From Nitrosopumilaceae archaeon (GTDB taxonomy: Archaea; Thermoproteota; Nitrososphaeria; Nitrososphaerales; Nitrosopumilaceae): a DNA stretch of 64,000 nucleotides. Below are positions 1 to 10,700 of the stretch, in pieces (the stretch's first letter is position 1; each line of letters starts with the position of its first letter). The position numbers and the translations under genes were made by a program. Location of the stretch: the NCBI GenBank assembly GCA_965208905.1, contig OZ242365.1, positions 1,824,001 to 1,888,000 on the forward strand. The letters are read 5' to 3'. The notes under the pieces are model-generated. The model was not told where the DNA came from and made no database searches. It saw nothing but the letters and a program-made list of their open reading frames with translations.

Positions 1-749
1 TTAGATCCTGCTAACTCTAATGCCATCAGTATGGGAAGTGACTTTTTACCTTCACGTATGTCGTTTCCCACCGGTTTTTTTGTAATGGATGAATCGCCCG
101 CCACTCCGATTAAATCATCTGTTATTTGAAACGCTATACCCAAGTTTTGACCAAAGACTGCAGCATTCTCCACATCTGTCGATGTTGCATTGGCGCATAT
201 GGCCCCCATGGCGCACGATGCCTCAAAGAGTGCAGATGTTTTTTTACGAATCATGAGTAGATAATCAGAAGGAGGTGGTATTTTGTCACTTGCACTCATG
301 GATATGTCGAGCCACTGACCCTCACAGATGTCGACACATGCATCAGATATCTGACTGACTAGACTGGCGCATACTGTAGCAGGTAATTCGGCGTTGGCGA
401 GTGTCTGGTATGCTTTAGAGAAGAGTGTGTCGCCAGCAAGTATGGCTAGTGATGAGCCGTATTTTTTATGTGTGGTATCCACGCCATGACGAGTATCATC
501 ATTGTCCATTATGTCATCATGAACCAGCGAAAAATTGTGTATCATCTCAACAGTGCCTGCCACAACAACTGCCTGCGCAGCGTTACCTCCCATCATTTGA
601 CATGTCTCCATCAACATGTATGGGCGAAGCCTCTTTCCACCATGCATTATAAGATGTGATGCAGCATCGTACAGAGTTGTGGGCGTGCCGGTGAGAGACT
701 GGCGCAGATACTCAGTTATGGCATTGGCCACATCATCTGACGGCCTCAT
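1..749 (-). CDS. Polyprenyl (geranylgeranyl) diphosphate synthase, 3' end outside window
   Basis: Manual translation from ATG at 749 (ATGA overlap with idi stop): MRPSDDVANAITEYLRQ...GGKRLRPY...HNFSLVHDDIMDNDDTRHG (first Asp-rich motif); KKTSALFEASCAMG and FQITDDL downstream. Not in ORF track because it runs off the window. Confidence 0.93.
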   Translation of the reverse strand, partial: MRPSDDVANAITEYLRQSLTGTPTTLYDAASHLIMHGGKRLRPYMLMETCQMMGGNAAQAVVVAGTVEMIHNFSLVHDDIMDNDDTRHGVDTTHKKYGSSLAILAGDTLFSKAYQTLANAELPATVCASLVSQISDACVDICEGQWLDISMSASDKIPPPSDYLLMIRKKTSALFEASCAMGAICANATSTDVENAAVFGQNLGIAFQITDDLIGVAGDSSITKKPVGNDIREGKKSLPILMALELAGS

Positions 750-1354
750 AGTAACAACCTCCACTGCTCATCTGACATATGATGTCCAGTCATATGCATC
801 ATCTTGGAGGCGACTTTGGGACTCTGCCACGCAGATATGTTGTAGTGTTCAGGTATGGTGTGACGCGGAAGTAGCGCCAATGCCAAAAGCATCCAGGGAC
901 AATACTCTTGAGGTTTGGTAGAGTCGATTTGGGATGGTACTACAAACTCTGTTTTAGTGATTTCAGAAGGATTGGGATTGGGCGTGTCATGTATTGTGCC
1001 TATCAAAGTACCACATACCTCATTTTCAGAACCTCTATCGTCGTCGGACACATGATACTCGAATCTGAATAAATACTCCAAAGTGCAATGTATCCCCAAC
1101 TCTTCAGGTATACGGCGCTGGGCAGATGACACAAAGGTATCTCCGGGGTATGGGTGACTCGCTACTGTACCATCCCACTTGTTGGGCCATAGCATCTTTG
1201 TGGGGGAGCGCTGTGTGAGAAGCAATCTACCTTTGTCATCAAACAATAACGCCGTAAACGCCCTGTGCAGATGACCATCTCCAGTATGACATGACACCTT
1301 CTCTGCAAAACCCTGAGGCGTATCGTTACTATCTACCAGTATAAGATCACTCAC
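746..1354 (-). CDS. idi: Isopentenyl-diphosphate delta-isomerase type 1 (Nudix fold)
   Basis: HTGDGHLHRAF, LLTQRS, WPNKWDGTVASHP, EELGI, SENEVC, CPW motifs; operonic with GGPP synthase. Confidence 0.92.
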   Translation of the reverse strand: MSDLILVDSNDTPQGFAEKVSCHTGDGHLHRAFTALLFDDKGRLLLTQRSPTKMLWPNKWDGTVASHPYPGDTFVSSAQRRIPEELGIHCTLEYLFRFEYHVSDDDRGSENEVCGTLIGTIHDTPNPNPSEITKTEFVVPSQIDSTKPQEYCPWMLLALALLPRHTIPEHYNISAWQSPKVASKMMHMTGHHMSDEQWRLLL

Positions 1355-1359
1355 TACAT

Positions 1360-1824
1360 GATCACTTCCAACCTAACATGCTGTGCATTCCATGTATGTG
1401 ACTCCACTAGTTTTATCGACTTTGCCCCAGACATAAAATGGATATAAAGCTGCCATCTATAAAGTATTTACGTGGACGGATTTTTCGCCCAAAGTTGAAT
1501 GGTATCTGTGAGGTATCAGATACGATACAACAGTGTCTTGTATCGTATAATGCGGGAAGAACAGTAGGCGATGACATGCCCCAACAATAAATATTTGAGT
1601 ATGGCGGTATTGTACCCTCATCACACATCAGTGTGATGTATGCCAAAATATATCCGCCAATACAAGGATTGCACCTATTGCTGTATAGTTGGCTTAGACT
1701 AAAGTGTCAACACTCTGAGGTGAATAAACGTCGTAAATCATAAGGTCTAGAAAGTCCGTAATGTGTCGTATTGCACCGCTCTGGAGGACTGACAGACTAT
1801 CTCTAGGGGGTGATGTAGTATCAT
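1360..1824 (-). pseudogene. Probable heavily eroded isopentenyl phosphate kinase remnant
   Basis: About 470-bp gap with no credible ORF between mvk and idi, where Nitrosopumilus-type operons carry ipk. An ATG overlaps the mvk stop (ATGA) and reads MIL.. like IPK N-termini, then stops after 25 codons. Confidence 0.35.
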
Positions 1825-2768
1825 CCAACTTTGTGTAGTGCGCCTGTGGTCGCTCCTGTCTTGGTTATTTGAGCTACAAAAGAGTTGTATCCTGCATCTG
1901 TTAGTGCATTTAGTGTACTGTGAGCGTTAGTCTCATCCGATATGGCTACTATACACCCTCCCCCACCTGCACCAGTTATCTTTGAGCCGTATGAGTGGCG
2001 GTCTGCTATCTGTATCATCTGTCGTAAAGCGTTGTTTGAGATACCTATTCGCTCCAAGAGTAGTTGATTACTGCGCGCCAGATGGCCCAATTTTGGTATG
2101 TCGTTTATGCTATCTGTAACCATCTGAACCAGACTGTCGGCTTTTTTAGAGAGTGCAGAGAACTCTTTGGGGTGTTTTTGGGCTATATGGCGAACACGCT
2201 CTACCATCTCACCGGTATTGTGATTTATGCCCGAATCTGCTACTATGAGTTTTAGATCTTTGGGTATGGGAATACGAAGTTGCTTGGGTGGAGTATCCTT
2301 TACATACTCTACTATACCGCCATGGGTGCAAACTGCACAATCGGCACCAGATGAGTTTGGCTGTATGGTTCTTTCTGCGTTTATCGACACGTCTAATATG
2401 CTACGCTTTATATCTGATAGGGATAGTGCGGCGCCCGCCGTTGCCACACAACAGGCAGATGATGAACCTAATCCAGCACCAGATGGGAGATCCGAATGTA
2501 TGTTTATTGCTACATTGGTTATGCCCAATGACTGTGCTATATAGTAAAATGGTCTAGTACGCTTGTCCACAATCCTGTATGGTATATTTGGATGCAATTT
2601 GGTCGAGAGCATATTGGATTTTATAGATATCGTGTTGCGTCCCTGCCTTTGTGCAGTCACCCTTACCCTCTTGTCTATGGCGCATAGTATGGCCTTGGAA
2701 CCATGTACTACAAAATGCTCTCCAAACAGAATTATCTTACCGGGTGCTGAACATACTTGTCTTGCCAT
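1821..2768 (-). CDS. mvk: Mevalonate kinase (GHMP family)
   Basis: APGKIILFGEHFVVHG, PSGAGLGSSSA, SGAD, SKITGAGGGGC motifs. Confidence 0.95.
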   Translation of the reverse strand: MARQVCSAPGKIILFGEHFVVHGSKAILCAIDKRVRVTAQRQGRNTISIKSNMLSTKLHPNIPYRIVDKRTRPFYYIAQSLGITNVAINIHSDLPSGAGLGSSSACCVATAGAALSLSDIKRSILDVSINAERTIQPNSSGADCAVCTHGGIVEYVKDTPPKQLRIPIPKDLKLIVADSGINHNTGEMVERVRHIAQKHPKEFSALSKKADSLVQMVTDSINDIPKLGHLARSNQLLLERIGISNNALRQMIQIADRHSYGSKITGAGGGGCIVAISDETNAHSTLNALTDAGYNSFVAQITKTGATTGALHKVG

Positions 2769-3030
2769 TATAAGGAATATGTCAGTACGGGTTTATATCA
2801 CATGGTTTTTCCATACATCGACTAATCCACAGGTCCCCTACACCACCCATAGCGTGTATGACCAAGACATCGAATCATCAGATGCTCTAGTACCAAATCC
2901 AGGCATGATGTGTAGTGATATCTATATTCAATAACTCTATTTTGTCAGTATGTATCTGTGGACACACTAACCTTTGCGTTGATATCCATCTTTTGATGTA
3001 ACTGCATGTCATACTCTACCGTAATGCCTG

Positions 3031-3333
3031 TCAATTAGATTTCTGCGCCATCATCTTTGACAACTCAGATATTGCATCTAGCAGCTTTGCTCGAAGCTCT
3101 GCATCCGTAGTCGAGCCTAACTGTCTTGTCAGCTCAAGCATCTGCTGTTCTATACTTTTGATGCCCTCCTGTGTGACCTTGTCTTTACTGTCTGGTTCGG
3201 CTCCGCATGATATGCATAAAGCTTGACCTGATTGCAAGACCCGTACACCCGAACAATACGGGCATGGTTCTGCAAGTAATGTGGCGCCATGCAGTAGCAT
3301 ATCAGCAGCTCTCTTGAGACTATCCTGACTCAT
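3031..3333 (-). CDS. Autoantigen p27 / SSSCA1-like zinc-ribbon protein
   Basis: ADMLLHGATLLAEPCPYC...CISCG zinc ribbon plus helical C-terminus. Confidence 0.75.
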   Translation of the reverse strand: MSQDSLKRAADMLLHGATLLAEPCPYCSGVRVLQSGQALCISCGAEPDSKDKVTQEGIKSIEQQMLELTRQLGSTTDAELRAKLLDAISELSKMMAQKSN

Positions 3334-3374
3334 AATGTTTTAGACTTGCCATCTACGTTAATCTAAATGTTCTA

Positions 3375-3680
3375 CTAGCGAAGCGTATCATATGCGTTTT
3401 GTATGTCTGTAAATACCACAGATATGCTGTCTTTGTACGGAACAACCTTGATCAAAGGTTCCTCTCTTCGACCACGCTGTATCTTTATGGTTGTAGAGTC
3501 CTCACCCGGACAGATATCTGCAAACCATCGCATAGTCATCCCTTTTCCATATACGATCCTGTGAGCTCGTATACTCTCCACTACCGAGTTTCCCAAAGAT
3601 AAGCAGAATCGTCGTGCCTCATCAATGTGGGCCTGTGCTTCCAAGTTATGTCTATCTCGAAATATCTCAAACGAGTTCAT
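3375..3680 (-). CDS. Conserved hypothetical protein
   Basis: Clean 101-aa ORF with ATG start and backbone-like codon usage; no function recognised. Confidence 0.65.
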   Translation of the reverse strand: MNSFEIFRDRHNLEAQAHIDEARRFCLSLGNSVVESIRAHRIVYGKGMTMRWFADICPGEDSTTIKIQRGRREEPLIKVVPYKDSISVVFTDIQNAYDTLR

Positions 3681-3824
3681 ATGATGTGAGTTAAAATTAC
3701 ACTATACATATGAGTTTGTACATGATATGTGCTAACTAAACTACATTAGACTAAACTACGTAGACTAACTGGAAACAAAATGTGAAGTCATGGTTAATAA
3801 ATACGATAATTAGACCACTATTCA

Positions 3825-4934
3825 ATGAGGCTACTGGAGTTTCAAGCAAAGGAGTTGTTTGCAGAGTATGGCATACGTGTACCCTCAGGCCATGCGTCCA
3901 CCGACATATCTACAGCAAGGCAGGATGCAAAATCTCTTGGTTATCCATTTATCATAAAATTTCAGGCTCCAGTGGGAGGACGAGGAAAGGCGGGTGGAAT
4001 ACAACTGTGCTCTAACACAGATGAGTTTGAAATAAAGTATCCACAGATATTAGACATGACTATAAAAGGTGAACGTGCTCGCGCAATACTGCTGGAGAAG
4101 GCAGCAAATATTAAAAAAGAACTATATCTGTCTCTGTTTCTGAACCGCTCAAAGCGATGCTATACTGTAATTGCATCTGCAGAGGGCGGTGTGGAGATAG
4201 AGTCTGTAAAGGATCAAATCATACGTGAAGTAGGTATGGGTGACATTACAGATGATGTTGCCAGCGAGATAGCCAAAGATATGGGGTTGGAAGGTGATGT
4301 GATCAGTCAATTTGTCGATACGTTGTCCCGACTCTCACAGTTGGCGGTAGAGAAAGAGGTGGAGTTAGCCGAGATAAATCCATTGGCTATACTTGATGAT
4401 GGGAGTCTGGTAGCCTTGGATGGAAAGATGATAACTGATGATAATTCTAACTTTAGACATCCGGAACTACAAAAATACCGCGAAGAGTCCGAAGTTGAGG
4501 AGCGAGCTGAAAAGAGTGGATTCTCACTGGTGATAATGGATGGCGATATAGCCGTAATCGGAAATGGCGCCGGCCTTGTCATGTCTACATTGGACATGCT
4601 TTCAGATAGCGGAGGGAAAGCTGCATGTTTTCTAGACGTGGGTGGGGGCGCCACCACAGAGTCCGTATATGAGGCACTTACATTGATCAGCAAAATAGAT
4701 GGCATAACGGGAATATTGGTTAACCTGTATGGTGGAATCGTAAAGACTACCACTGTGGCATCGGCGTTCCTTTTGGCATATGAGAACAAGCTGATAGACC
4801 TACCCGTATTTGCCCGACTGAAGGGCGCAGAGTCTGACAAGGCCCAAGTAATGCTTGCTGACTCCAAAACCCAGCTATTTGACAGTGTGGAGGATGCCAT
4901 ACAAACCGCTGTAACGGAGGCAAAGTCCCGATGA
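3825..4934 (+). CDS. sucC: Succinyl-CoA ligase beta subunit
   Basis: LLEFQAKELF, GGRGKAGGI, EINPL, GNGAGLVMSTLD, FLDVGGG. Confidence 0.96.
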   Translation: MRLLEFQAKELFAEYGIRVPSGHASTDISTARQDAKSLGYPFIIKFQAPVGGRGKAGGIQLCSNTDEFEIKYPQILDMTIKGERARAILLEKAANIKKELYLSLFLNRSKRCYTVIASAEGGVEIESVKDQIIREVGMGDITDDVASEIAKDMGLEGDVISQFVDTLSRLSQLAVEKEVELAEINPLAILDDGSLVALDGKMITDDNSNFRHPELQKYREESEVEERAEKSGFSLVIMDGDIAVIGNGAGLVMSTLDMLSDSGGKAACFLDVGGGATTESVYEALTLISKIDGITGILVNLYGGIVKTTTVASAFLLAYENKLIDLPVFARLKGAESDKAQVMLADSKTQLFDSVEDAIQTAVTEAKSR

Positions 4935-5842
4935 ACATATTTGACATACTAAAGGGTACTGAAGGTGACTCAGATTATTGTAAAAAAGGAGTAATAGTGC
5001 AGGGTATTACAGGTGCATATGGTTCACTGCACACTAAAAATATGATGTCATATGGCACCAACATAGTGGCCGGAGTAACTCCTAGTAAGGGAGGTCAGAT
5101 ATTTGAAGGCATACCAATACATAACACTGTACAGGAGGCTGTTGATGCAACCGGAGCCAATATATCGATAGTGTTTGTACCTGCGAAATTCTTTAAAAAC
5201 GCAGCAATTGAAGCTCTAAACGCTGGCATAAAATTACTGGTAGCAATACCTGAACATGTTCCTGTCCGTGATACCATGGAGGTTATACGGCTAGCCAAAG
5301 AGAAAGGGGTAACTGTTATTGGCCCCAACACACCTGGCGTAATGATACCTGAAATTATAAAGATAGGAATAATGCCTCACATGCCGTTTAAGTCGGGAAA
5401 CGTAGCTGTAATATCAAAGAGTGGTACACTGCTATACGAAATATCTGATGCCCTTAGTGCTGCAAACTTTGGACAGTGTATAACTATAGGAATAGGGGGA
5501 GACCCGATAAATGGAACTAGATTAGTGGATGCATTTGATATGGTAAAAGATCTACCAAGTCTAGAGGGATTGGTGATAGTGGGAGAGATAGGAGGAGACT
5601 CCGAAGAACTGCTTGCGCAGCGTATAATGGAACTGAACTTTACAAAGCCTACTGTCGCATATATTGCTGGAAGGGCTGCGCCCAAAGGAAAACGGATGGG
5701 TCACGCTGGAGCGATAGTCATGGGAACTTATGGCTCAGCAGAGTCCAAGGTAAACATGTTCAACAAGGCAAACGTACCAGTGGCTAAACGTCCCACGGAA
5801 GTACCAGTCTTGCTAGCTGGTAAGATGAAAGAATTCGTTTAA
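4931..5842 (+). CDS. sucD: Succinyl-CoA ligase alpha subunit
   Basis: VQGITG, GPNTPG, SKSGTL, GIGGDP, MGHAGA (phospho-His). Confidence 0.96.
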   Translation: MNIFDILKGTEGDSDYCKKGVIVQGITGAYGSLHTKNMMSYGTNIVAGVTPSKGGQIFEGIPIHNTVQEAVDATGANISIVFVPAKFFKNAAIEALNAGIKLLVAIPEHVPVRDTMEVIRLAKEKGVTVIGPNTPGVMIPEIIKIGIMPHMPFKSGNVAVISKSGTLLYEISDALSAANFGQCITIGIGGDPINGTRLVDAFDMVKDLPSLEGLVIVGEIGGDSEELLAQRIMELNFTKPTVAYIAGRAAPKGKRMGHAGAIVMGTYGSAESKVNMFNKANVPVAKRPTEVPVLLAGKMKEFV

Positions 5843-5875
5843 AATATTAGTAGGTATAATATCACTACAAGTATA

Positions 5876-6043
5876 ATGCCAGTTACTGACCCTGAAAAGA
5901 AACGTATAGCCACTCAGGCCTTACTAAATATGCGTATATGTTTCAGATGTGGCTGCCGTAATGATATGTTGGCAACGCGCTGTCGCAAGTGCCGAAACCC
6001 ACACCTACGTTTAAAGAATCGTAATCTAGGCGCCAAGAAGTAA
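5876..6043 (+). CDS. rpl40e: 50S ribosomal protein L40e
   Basis: Manual translation MPVTDPEKKRIATQALLNMRICFRCGCRNDMLATRCRKCRNPHLRLKNRNLGAKK*; CxxC..RCRKC zinc motif; below ORF-track cutoff. Confidence 0.92.
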   Translation: MPVTDPEKKRIATQALLNMRICFRCGCRNDMLATRCRKCRNPHLRLKNRNLGAKK

Positions 6044-6087
6044 TCAATTTAGAAAGAAATAAGTTCATTATACTTTGAACTATATGT

Positions 6088-6179
6088 GGACCGGTCGTCT
6101 AGCCTGGTTTGGATGACGCACTCACACTGCGTAAGGAGAGATCCCGCAAAGGTCGTGGGTTCGAATCCCATCCGGTCCA
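6088..6179 (+). tRNA. tRNA-Val(CAC) with 17-nt non-canonical intron (6134-6150)
   Basis: Acceptor GGACCGG/CCGGTCC+A; anticodon arm ACGCA-CT CAC AC-TGCGT; T-arm GTGGG TTCGAAT CCCAT; the extra 17 nt form a bulge-helix-bulge. Confidence 0.92.
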
Positions 6180-6214
6180 CTATTTTCAAGTACTTAATAT
6201 AGTTTCCATGCATA

Positions 6215-7608
6215 CTAGCGGACAATAGGATCCGATAGATTTTGAGTGCGATGACCTGAATCAACGAATTTGTCCCATATACGATGACCCGCGGTGTGAC
6301 CGACCGAAACATTAAGATCATGTATACATTCCCGTACCTACATGGCACGAAGTAAACCAGAAAAGATTCCCGCCGGAGACTAATGCTTCCCGGACGTTCC
6401 AGAAGCAGAACTGGAATCGATGATTGCAGCCATCCCCAGCTGCAAGGATATGCCCAAAGAACTACTCATACTGACGGTTGCCCTCAAAAGGAAGAGGCAC
6501 AGAAGCATCAGTGGGATATATAGGGAGATGGGCCGGCCATACGCCACCGTCTACGGCTGGCTGCTGCGCATGCACGAGCGCGGGCCGTACGGCAGGATAG
6601 ACAGGACATCCCCCAACAGGAAGAAAATACTGGACGAGGACACCTGCCGCTTGATCCTGGAGTGGGTGTCCGCATCTCCCCAGGACTACAAGTTTGAGTC
6701 CGGTATCTGGCAGGCATCTATGATCATCAGTATGATTCGTGACAAGATGGGCATAAATATACATCCCAGAACGCTGAGGCGGACACTGTGACGCGCAGGC
6801 ATATCGTTCAGAAAGCTCAAGATCCGTCCCGCACAACTCTGCATCAGAACAGGAGCAGGCCGAGTTCAGCAAGAAGACTCAGTGTATAGTTGACCAGCAG
6901 GCCGCCGGACATGTAGTCTTGTATCAGGACAAGATGACTCTCAGGCTGGCGGCAGTATGTATCCGGGGATGGATACCGCGCGGGACCAGTCAGACCGTCA
7001 AGATAGGACTCTCCAAAAAGTCGATCAAAGTGTTCGGTGTTCTATATCGGGCCAGACTACACGTTATGTCCGCAGGAGCGGCAAACTCGACAACATTCAA
7101 GATCTTTCTGGAGGCACTATATCAGGAGTATGGCAGGGTGACATTCATCACTGACAACGCCTCATATTACAAGTCGCGGTACGTCCAGAACTACCTGGAG
7201 TCAACCAACGGAGATGTCGTGTTAATACACCTCTCGCCCTACACGCCCCAACTGAACCCGATTGAGGTCCAGTGGAAGGTGATCAAAGAGCGGCTAGCCT
7301 GTAGGTCCTTTGCGACTATAGAGGATATAGAGAAGGCCGTCATCCGGCTGGTCGAGACTGGAGAGGTGCGGCCGTCAGGATGACTGGTATAATCACTGCG
7401 TGAGGCCCAGAATATCTAGTGTGCGACGGCACGCCGCCTACTCCCACCTTTAGCCATGTCTCTGAACAATCACATGTTCGTTTACATGTAATCGGCCACT
7501 GCCGGTTCTTCCCGTATGTCTGACCGAACTGAAAACATAGGACTTTGACAGATACCGCACGGGAGCCGCCTTTCGCCTGATGTATTATCGGATCCTATTG
7601 TCCCCTAG
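6215..7608 (+). mobile_element. IS630-family insertion sequence (inactivated)
   Basis: TIRs CTAGCGGACAATAGGATCCGATA (6215) and TATCGGATCCTATTGTCCCCTAG (ends 7608), preceded by TA; winged-HTH plus DDE_3 transposase fragments. Confidence 0.9.
6342..7383 (+). pseudogene. IS630 transposase, disrupted by stops and frameshift
   Basis: MARSKPEKIPAGD* then ORF 6420-6791 ending in an in-frame TGA, then a frameshifted DDE part with ITDNASYYKS and LSPYTPQLNPIEVQW. Confidence 0.88.
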
Positions 7609-7772
7609 TGTGGGGTAGGTTGTGATGTGCCCAGATCTAAAGATTCCGGTTGGGTATGTATGAAATTGTTTGGTGGTGGAATCACAGGTTAGTTAGGAAA
7701 GTGGCCAATTACACATACTGTCTAATGAATACATACAAGGACAAATGAGCACAAATGAGCACATAGTAGACT

Positions 7773-10700
7773 TTGTGCTTATACCTACGGTTGCATATTG
7801 AAACTTCGAAGTGGTGGTATTGCAATCTGGAGGGCCTAAACATGAGAGGGCCGATTAAGTTACACGATACGCGGGGTGCGCATGCCACATCTTATAGTAT
7901 GTCACGCCTCTGCCTGTATGCCGTATGTGCCGCAACGTTACTTTTGTCGCTTAATGTAGTCTTGGGCGCCGGAGAGGCTGGCCTTGATGTTGCGCATGTC
8001 AGCGACGACGTGTATCCCGTCGCTGCTATAAAGATCAACGACCTCACACCAAACGGCCCCGTCCTAGCCGACCATGATCTCTTTGGCATATCAGAGCATC
8101 TATGGGGGGGTCTTGTGACCGTCCCAGTATCGACAGAGGCCTGGGCGGATACGGATCCCTTTGTCACTACTTGGAAGACCACCAGTCCGGGCGAGTCCAT
8201 AACCATTCCGACGTACGTGGCGTTCGGGAAGCACACGATAGACTGGGGAGACGGCACGGCGCCGACCACTGACTGGCTTGATCAAACCCATGTCTACGAG
8301 GAGCCGGGAACCTACACGGTCAGCATAACCGGTGACTTTACGCAAATCAGGCTCTACGATGATCGGGTCAATGCTGAAAAACTGGTCTCCATCGACAACT
8401 GGGGCGGCGTGCAGTGGGGGACGATGGACCATGCGTTTGGTGTAGCATCGAACATGGTGTACAATGCGACCGACGCCCTGGACTTTTCGGCCCTGACGAA
8501 TCTACAGTACATGTTCTATTCGGCCACATCCTTCAACGGCAACATATCCTCCTGGAACGTCTCGTCGGTGACCAGTATGAAGGACATGTTCAACAACGCC
8601 GACTCCTTCAACCAGGATCTCTCCGATTGGGATGTCTCCAGCGTGGAGAACATGCACGGGATGTTCTTTGGTACCGCATCCTTCAACGGCAACATATCGG
8701 CCTGGAACGTCTCCTCTGTAACCGACATGAGTAATATGTTTACCCTGTCCGACTCCTTCAACGGCAACATATCGGCCTGGAACGTCTCCTCTGTAACCGA
8801 CATGTCCGAGATGTTTCTCGGTGCCACATCCTTCAACGGCAACATCTCCATCTGGAACGTCTCCTCTGTAACCGACATGCAGGAGATGTTTTACGACGCC
8901 ACCTCATTTGATCAAAACTTGGGCAACTGGTACATCGTGCTTGACAGCGAGGTCATCCACTATGACGACGCGCCGGGAATAATTGGGAGTATATCGGCGC
9001 AGAACCTGTTCCTCGACGGACAGAATGCCACATACGGCATCGCAACCGGCGGGGACTCGGGCTCCTTTGAGCTGGACGGAGCTGACCTCAGGCTGAAGGA
9101 GATGCCTACCAAGGAATCATACGCCGTCACCATAAACGCCACCGGGGACTTTGGCTCGGGCAACTCCAAAAGCATAGTGGTAAAGGTGCTCGGATTTCCC
9201 AACTCGCCCCCGACCGTCTCGGCCGGTGACGACCAGACCGTCCAGGAAGGCCAAGCCGTCACCCTGTCGGGGACCGCCTCTGATCCCGACCCCGAGGACA
9301 CCCTGACATATATCTGGTCCCATGACCACCCCACACTGCCCATCTCCTTAGCCGACCCCAACTCGCTGTCCACCACCTTCACCGCCCCCAACGTCGCCGC
9401 CAACACCACCATCACATTCACCCTGACGGCCACCGACCAGCAGAACGCCAACGGCACCAACACGATGACTATCACCATCACCGACTCGGCCAACTCGCCC
9501 CCGACCGTCTCGGCCGGTGACGACCAGACCGTCCAGGAAGGCCAAGCCGTCACCCTGTCGGGGACCGCCTCTGATCCCGACCCCGAGGACACCCTGACAT
9601 ATATCTGGTCCCATGACCACCCCACACTGCCCATCTCCTTAGCCGACCCCAACTCGCTGTCCACCACCTTCACCGCCCCCAACGTCGCCGCCAACACCAC
9701 CATCACATTCACCCTGACGGCCGACGACGGCACCGACACCTCCTCGGATACCATGAACCTGACTATCGCCAACATCTCCCCCGCCTTGCCGCCCCCCGCA
9801 GCCTTTGTCACCACCTGGCAGACGACGACCAGTAACGAGTCGATAACCATTCCCGCACGCGGCACGTACACCATCGACTGGGGCGATGGGACAACGGAGG
9901 AGGGAGTCAGCGGCAGCTGGACGCATACGTATGGCGAGGCGGGAAGCCACACCATCCGCATATCCGACGGAATCGAGAAATTCAGTCTTGCCGGCAGCGA
10001 AGACGCGCACAAGCTGGCATCGATTGATCAGTGGGGATACGCCAAGTGGACGTCCATGCACAAGGCCTTCCAGGGGGCATCAGGCATGACATACGGCGCT
10101 ACTGACGTACCGGACCTCTCCGGCGTTACGGACGCACGGCGCATGTTCGAGGGTGCCGCCGCGTTTGACGGAGACCTGTCCGGGTGGGACGTATCAAGCG
10201 TCAAGCACATGTCGTACATGTTCAAGGAGGCCCGCTCCTTTGACTCGGACCTGTCCGGGTGGGACGTATCCGGCGTGACAGACATGGCGGGGATGTTCTG
10301 GAAGGCCCACTCCTTTGACTCGGACCTGTCCGGATGGGACGTCTCATCCGTAACCGACATGTACGCAATGTTCCACCACGCCCACTCCTTTGACTCGGAC
10401 CTGTCCGGATGGGACGTATCCGGCGTGACCGGGATGGCAAACATGTTCAGCTACACCCACTCCTTTGACTCGGACCTGTCCGGATGGGACGTATCCGGCG
10501 TGACGACCATGTACGCAATGTTTGCGGGCGCAAGGTCCTTTGACTCGGACCTGTCCGGATGGGACGTATCGGGAGTCGCCGACATGGCGGACATGTTCAG
10601 GTCTACCGGCGCATTCAACTCGGACATATCCAGATGGGAGATCCAAAGGGACACCCGCATCACCGCCATGCTGTATCGCGCAGACGCCTTTGAGCAGAAC

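Noticed and set aside
6049-6348. 99-aa minus-strand ORF
   Set aside because: Antisense to tRNA-Val and the IS end; spurious.
6791-6919. Programmed frameshift or readthrough in the IS630 transposase
   Set aside because: Several independent lesions, including an early TAA near 6381, and no clear slippery run; decay is the simpler explanation.
7741-7763. Short tandem repeat ACAAATGAGC x2 upstream of the surface-protein gene
   Set aside because: Only about two copies, with no support for a regulatory or phase-variable role.
10230-10570. CRISPR-like alternation of a constant block of about 32 nt and a variable block of about 43 nt (also at 43.4-44.3 kb and 62.6-64 kb)
   Set aside because: The period is exactly 75 bp and in frame within DUF285 coding repeats; the variable parts are homologous to each other; no cas genes or leader.
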